Of a DNA stretch of 64,000 nucleotides, positions 57,501-64,000 are shown piece by piece (position 1 is the first letter of the stretch; every line of letters begins with the position of its first letter). Source of the DNA: Klebsormidium nitens. Taxonomy: Eukaryota; Plantae; Klebsormidiophyceae. The stretch spans positions 129,647 through 193,646 of the forward strand of contig DF237057.1 in the NCBI GenBank assembly GCA_000708835.1, in the 5' to 3' direction. The position numbers and the translations under genes are program-made. The notes beneath the pieces were generated by a model. The model had not been told where the DNA came from, made no database searches, and worked only from the letters and a program-made list of their open reading frames with translations.

Positions 57501-60500
57501 GCATAAGGAAAGCGCCCAATTACCTCCTTCATAAAAAGAGCATGCTGAACGGTTGCTTCCATATTTTTACACTTTTTGAAAGAGCGGACAGCCCTAGCTA
57601 TTGAGGTGGATGATCCTGATGATTGTACCTGCGAGAAATTAACAAACGATCTTCCTCGCTTGAAAGGGGTTAAGATGTAGAGGAACTCAAGGACTTGCCT
57701 GAACTCATCATCTTCGAGTTCGTGAGAGTCCCGACAGCCTTTTGGACAAGCACAAAGCAGTCCCTAAGAAACGCATCACAAGCAATCTCTAAGTCATGCA
57801 AATCAAGTAGCCTCAAACACGAGAGTTTCGACTTAAGATGATCCGAAGACAATGATGCAGAACAGGAGCTTTAAAAGAAGGCTCTAGACGCTTTTCTAGA
57901 AATTTCCGAGTGAGAAGCGTCAGACCCTTTCTTTTCAAGTGCCATGCATAGACCGACCTGGACAAGACGTTTAGCAAACAGACGCCTACCTGCAGAGACG
58001 TCCCTGGCGCGATCGGCGTGGAGTTCGGCCACGACAGAGACTGCGACCGTGCATCCTCTGCCGCCTCTTCCGGCACCCCCCGGTTCCGTTCATGGGGCAA
58101 TTGCCACCTCGACGTGGCGTCAGCCCACGAGGGCTGCATAGCCTTCCCCAAGGGGTTGACTATGCCATGGTTTGCACCCCCCATAACGCGAGGTTTCTGG
58201 TCAAAGCCAGCGGCAAACACGTGGGGCGAAAACGGAGACGCCCAGTCTGGAGGAAGGGCACCGTACGGCGGCGCTGGGACGGCACGGACTGCGCCAAACG
58301 GGTACACCATCGGATCGAGGGGGACTTTCGGGTAGGGGGGCACCTTGCTGGGGACGCCGGAGACCCCCCCGAAAAGCTGGGAGTAGACTGGCACGCCCTG
58401 GAGGGGTATCTCGGGGATCCCCCGGTTCAGAACGTGGGCGGGGAGGAGGGGGTATTCTGGCACGACGGCCGGAGGTGTCGGGCGGGTGATCCTGCGGGAG
58501 GGGGGTTCTCGCTGGACGAGCTCCTGCTGTGTGAAAGGGGGGGGCAGCTTGGCGGCGCGCTCGGGGGGGGGCCACAGCGGGGGGACGAGTTCAGCCCAAT
58601 GCCGACTTCGTGCGACATGCCGCTAGACGAGTGCGCCAGAAACGCCTCGACGGACGATCTCAGAGCGGCGGGGTAGTCAAACCCTCGCGCCTTCTGGGGG
58701 ACGTTCGCAGCGCGGGGGGGAGGCGGGGAGAGGTTTCCCCGGGACGGTTCCACCCGTGGCCGCTTCGCTTGCTCCCGGGGGCCGGCCTTTCGCCTCTCCT
58801 CTTCGGGGGGGTGGTTGGGAACATGTTGGTGAGGCTGACCCGCCGCCCCCCTGGACCGACCCCACGCGTCCTCCTGCCAGTCCTTGTGGCGTTTCACCCC
58901 CCGTTCGACGTCCGACGTCTCTCTGCTCGTGCCCAGTTCGAGACGCGCAAACCCAACCGAGCCGAGCGGCTGCCCCACCGACCCATGCAAAGTGTCCGTG
59001 TTGCTCATTCGGTTCTGCCGACCCCCCGACTGCAACGCGAGCCCAAGGGAAACGGGGGGGCTGGGAGTGCTCCGTTCAGCTTCCAGAGCCATGCCCCCCT
59101 TATGATGCTGCTCGTCTTTTCGCAGACCCAAAACCCCGGCCTCCGGCCAGTCTTGCCGCCCAATCACGTTGTTCCGCTTCTCAGCCAGTGGGGATTGGGG
59201 GCTAGGGTCGCGGTCCTCCTGCCCTGACCCGCTCCCCCCCTCTGCGAATTCCTGCCCCCCCTCGATGCCGGAGCTGCACCACAGAGACAACCCGAGCGGC
59301 ACTCTCGCTCGCTTTGGCGCCTCAGGTCTGTGGTCCCCGTTTGCGATCCGCAACTCTAGCTGCACCCCTTCCTCCTCGAGCTGCCTCTGCAAGAGAAGCT
59401 TCTGCTGGCGTTGCCTAGCGGCAGGTGAAAGCGCCCTCCCCTGAGAGGGCCCCCCCCTCGGAGACTGGAAGCTGTGCTGCCGCTGATCCCCCCCCGCAAG
59501 CGCCAGTTTGTCGCCACTGTCCGTGTACCCCCCCGGCAGGCCCTGCGAATCGACGTCAGCTTCAGCCCCACTGCTGTGGGGGCTAAGTGAATCTTCCCCG
59601 CTTCGGCTTGACGACTCCTTCCGAAGAGAAGACTCCGCCCCAGCCTTTGCGCACCCCCGCTGCATCCGTTCGATCCCATTATCGAGCCCTGCGTACAGCT
59701 GTCGTGCCTCCCTAGCACGCACGATCTTCGCGGCCGCCTCCGCCTCCCTCTCCGCTTGCAACCGCACCGCCCGGGCCTCGTCGCTCTCTTTCAGCAGGTC
59801 CAACTCCGCTGTCGCAATCTCGGCTCGCAGGTCCCGGCTTGCGATCGTCGTCCATCCGTTCTCCCAAAACTCCTCGTGCCCGGCCCTCCCCCCCGAAAGC
59901 ACGCTCGACTTCGGCGGGCTCTTTCCAAACTGCGCCCCCGGGTCTGCCAGATCCAGCCCTCTCAACCGAGGAGCACTCAGCTGATCCAACTTTGCTGCAT
60001 GCCCGTTCTCTTTCTCCAGACCCCCCTCAGCTGGCAAAGTCCTCCCAGGGTGGTAGAACGCTGGCTTGCTGGCAACGCCCAAGCCTCCAAAAGCCCCCAG
60101 TGGTCGTGCAGTCCTCCCATGCATGGGGGGAGAGTGCAACACCACCCCATCCGGGGCAAGCAGTTCACTAGTCAGCCCGGTCGTGCCGGTGTCACTGTGC
60201 TTCGGCACAAACCCTTTCTGAAACTTTTCAGGGGGGTTCCACCCCACTTCCTCCACCCCCCTGTCGGCAGGGACTACTAGCTTCGACCGAGGGGGGCTGA
60301 ATCCTAGGCCGAACTTGTCTGGAGGACCCTCGCTTTTTGAGGTGGGAATGACAACGGTTGCAGGGCCACTGGGAATTGGCAGGGAAGCGGTCCTCTGAAG
60401 TGGGGCAGGGCCTTCTGCTGGGGTCGCAGGCTCGTCGAGCGGAACCTAACGCCAAGAGGGAGTCACAAGATTTAGAGCTTGTCATCCAAGACCACGATAT

Positions 60501-62760
60501 GAAGCAAAGAAAATTATATAACGTCCCGAGGAAGCACTGGCGTTGCCTGTTCAACGATCTCTTCTGTCTTTACAAGGGAATCTTGGGGAAGTGCGTCTAC
60601 GTACACAAAACATGAAAAGAGTTTCGACTTGGAAACCTCAGCTCAAAGCTGCCAAAACCGGTTCAGATACAACATCTTGGCTGGCCAGCAGCCCCATGTC
60701 CGCATGCTTTCATACAACTCAATTCAAGCAGATGACAGCTTTGTATGTCCTTGAGTTATTCTACAACAATGCAATAAAAGAAAAAAGCGAAGCCTTTCAC
60801 CTGACACCCTCAGAGAAGGCACTTCATGCACAACAAGCGGCCACTGAACTGCACACCTTATAACCTTTCCCCTCAAGCATGAATCCTTCCCTCCGTATGT
60901 CTCAACTTTAAACTAGACACACAGCCAGGAACTCCAAATCTGAGCTCCCAAACAAGGTCCAACATAAATACTCCGGACATCGAACAACTAAAACGTTGCA
61001 GACCTGCCAGACCTTTGAATCACCGCATATCAGGCCTTTATTTTCAAGGGCCAAACACAGCCACCAAATCCATGGCATTGAGCACCTAAAGCAAGGAGCT
61101 TCTCGTATCTGTATGCAATTGCCAATTCCGGGGCTGAGAAACCAGGAGAAGACTTAGAGCGCAACCTCACCTTGGCCCGCTTCGGTTGCGACGCTTCGAG
61201 CAGAAGGTGGAGAGGGAATTTGTCCAAGCAACGCGCGATGCCGGCTACGCACTCGTCGACCTCTTTGCGCTGGGGCTCATCTAGGGTCACCGGAAGAACC
61301 AGTTGCCTGCAAATAGGTGACGAAATAATGAGCAACAAAGAGCTGTAGAATGAGGGCAAACGGGTCTAGGTATTGCTCTCTAGGTCGTTCTTCGAGGACT
61401 TGTGTGCGAAAAGAAGTACGTGACAAGAGGGAAGCGGTCAGAAGGAAGTATCGGCGAGCTGATCGCCCCAATGTCAGCTATCCCCTTTGCAGCCACTTCC
61501 CAGCTTGGCACACACACTAGAGGAATAAGAAGTTAAAAACGTAAGGGTATAATTCAAGCATCTGCCTTAAGACCTCACTTACTGAATCAAACCTTGACAA
61601 AGCGGGTAGGAAGCTGAGTATTCTTCACAAGAGCAGGGGGGAACTTGCAGATGCAGCTACTCTGACTGATGAGAAAAATTGACTGCACATCCACCAACTA
61701 AGCTATTTCTGATTCTAATTCGTCTAAACGAAACCATGAAGGGACATTGACTATGATGAAAAGAATGACCCTCTTGCTGTTGTCCTTTAAGGTGACTCTG
61801 CTAAGGGAATCATGTAGCCAGTGCATGGGGTGCTGGATGATGCAACCAATCTGTCATACTTCGGCTAGCCTATGGGGTTACACAAGAGTCACCAGTCAAC
61901 TTGCCTATGCCTAAGAGCACAGATGAAACACTAGAATGATGATCATGCACCTGCTTAAGGGCGGAAAAGCTTTCCGACTCAGAAAGTAACTGCAATCACC
62001 AAGAATGATAAGATCCTTGTGATGTTCTTATGAGGCAGACAGTATCCAGATCATCTGAATTGCACGAAACGAAGTGCTAAATACATACGAAAATTGTGGG
62101 GAACAGCTGCAGTTTGCCACAAGAGGCAACAAGAACTCAAGGCATTTCCCGTTCCCATTGAGCTACATCATATGTTGAGTGGACAACTGATCAGAGTTTC
62201 TCGTAAGCATCTCTTGACTGAACGGTTGACACCACAGGTACAATCCCCTGGTTAAGGCCTTCTGGCAATGAGCAGGACCTTTTGCGGCTTAACATTGGTC
62301 AAAAGAGCAGTGTTTGTGTCACTTGAAATCTTACAAGATGCTTGATCAATGCCAAAGCGCAATTGCAAGAGAAAGCGGCACAATTGCCTTGTGCTAAAAG
62401 TGTTTCAGAGGAATTGCGTCTCCCCATTCCATCCTAATTCAATTTTGGCATTTGCTCACCCATTCACAAGTGCCTGCGCCTGATCGTGCAACTTCTTCAG
62501 GCTCTCCAAGGATGCTGGAGCCACTTTCCGCTCGGTGCTTGGGTTTTCTAGGATTTTGACGACAACCGGGAGGCGGTTGACTAAAACCTGCCATTTCAAA
62601 TCCCCGCCCTGCCTATTCGCCGCCATACCCCCTGAGGGCAAAATTCTTCTTCTTCCCGCATCGAGATGTTCAATCAAATGCCACGCCCCTCGTCTGCTTC
62701 CGACGTCTCTTCTAAGATCATCACGGCCTTCGTTTGCGATCAGCTCAATTGGCAACAAAC
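54519..62760 (-). CDS. Large uncharacterised protein: helical N-terminal exons followed by a long disordered Pro-rich region with coiled-coil patches
   Basis: Well-supported 3' exons: 60445-57990 (one frame discontinuity near 58540-58580), 57180-56158 and 55232-54519, with canonical splice sites in phase 0. Probable upstream exons ~61305-61170 (LVLPVTLDEPQRKEVDECVAGIARCLDKFP) and ~62590-62460 (LVNRLPVVVKILE). The start is not determined. Confidence 0.6.
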
Positions 62761-63625
62761 TTCACAAGAGGTTCACAAGTCCCAAACAAAACCATTGCCT
62801 CAATTCAAAAACGTGCGGCTGTGGCTCTTGTCCTGGATTCCAACTCACTTCCCTGCCTCTAGTCTCCAGAAGCCCCTTCCCTGCCTTTGAGAAGCATGGC
62901 GGAAACGACCGCAGGGCATGCTCCAGAATACGGTATGCAGGCTGTTCCAATGGCAACAGTATGCGCCATGTCATGTCATTGTTAACAGTCTTCAGCTGAG
63001 TGGACATATTTTGGTCGGTAGGCGATGAACCGGGGAGAATCGAAGCTGCCCCGGGCTAACCATAGCTTGACCCGGAAACCTGAAGATGGCTCTGTCAGAA
63101 AAAGGCTCAAAGGTGGGGTTAAGTGTAACGAGGCCCAGGCAACACGAAACCGGGGCGCGCGATGGGAGCCCGACCACCAATTGGTTGAACCCCTAGATAT
63201 ACCTACTAGTACTGTTCCTGGTCAGCAGCTGAGTAGCCCATGTGAGATTGTCAGAAGCACGTGAAGTTCATCACGTGCACAAGAGTTTGTCAGCCAGGAG
63301 TTGGGAAACACTCAAAGATACTCAGATTGCAAACGCACGCGGGCCAGGAGCTGGAAAATCTTGGTCCTACGTGGCAAAAAGCTCGGCAAAGCTGGAGGTT
63401 CACACTGCTCCACGTGTTGACTCGTGATGCATCGTGAGAGAACGCGCGCGCATCAAAGACGTTCCGGTTCCGCGAGACGCTTCGGTGTCCATTCCGTCAG
63501 ACCAATGAAGTCACGGAACATAATACCTAGTAGTGATTGAAAAATTGACAAGTGACGACAGCCGTGATTATGCCCCACACTACCCACCAGTGTTCGACAC
63601 GAGCCGTCACACCAGGCAAACGTCA

Positions 63626-63776
63626 GCCGACGGGATTGCCACCCGGCCGACTCAACCGAGGGGCGTCGGCCGAAAAGCCGACAAAATCGAGGTATATCTG
63701 AGGGGTTTGGCTGACACAAGCCGACCGGTTCCCAGGTCCAGCCGACTAAACGGAGAACAGTCGGCTCCCAGCCGAC
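63626..63776. promoter_or_regulatory. Cluster of 8 GCCGAC motifs (DRE/CRT-core-like, or transposon subterminal repeats)
   Basis: GCCGAC at 63626, 63646, 63677, 63720, 63741 and 63771; reverse complement at 63665 and 63760. Confidence 0.45.
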
Positions 63777-64000
63777 AAAATAAAAATTCCGTGTCGAACG
63801 CTGCTACCCAACTGCACGGCACCGGGCAGGGGTGCGGAGTCCGGACAGGATTTTGCCCCGGGGCGCTTGTGTGCCCCGGCCCTCGATCTGCCCGAGGGCG
63901 CAGGATATTTCCCGGGGGCGCTCCGCGCCCCATATTCTGCGCCCCACCAGCCCCCCCCTCTGGAAATAAAACTGCACAGTGCACATGGCTGCCATGTGGC

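Noticed and set aside
58427-58620. Programmed -1 ribosomal frameshift in the large orphan gene
   Set aside because: No correctly phased X XXY YYZ slippery heptamer was found. A homopolymer miscall explains the break more simply.

Overview
This is eukaryotic nuclear DNA with GC-rich exons and GT-AG introns, from a photosynthetic organism that retains flagellar genes. It looks most like a streptophyte green alga such as Klebsormidium; that is an inference from gene content and style. Genes assembled by hand: plastid RsgA GTPase (+), a 19-exon voltage-gated K+ channel with a CNBD-like domain and an IQ motif (+), thylakoid lumen TL29/APX4 (-), a 3xCCCH zinc-finger protein (+), a GTT1-like glutathione S-transferase with a repetitive N-terminus (+), IFT20 (-), a mitochondrial bL31-like protein (+), a small acidic orphan (+) and a large, mostly disordered orphan (-). 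The most striking signal is a recurrent 'splice-junction echo' architecture. At about 10 junctions of the channel gene and one junction each of TL29 and GST, the adjacent intron holds 1-6 degenerate tandem copies (about 100-200 bp unit) of the exon edge with its splice site. Acceptor copies lie upstream and donor copies downstream. Some copies differ from the exon mainly at synonymous sites. Several MITE/foldback-like elements, palindromes and motif clusters are also present. All coordinates were read manually and may be off by a few bases.
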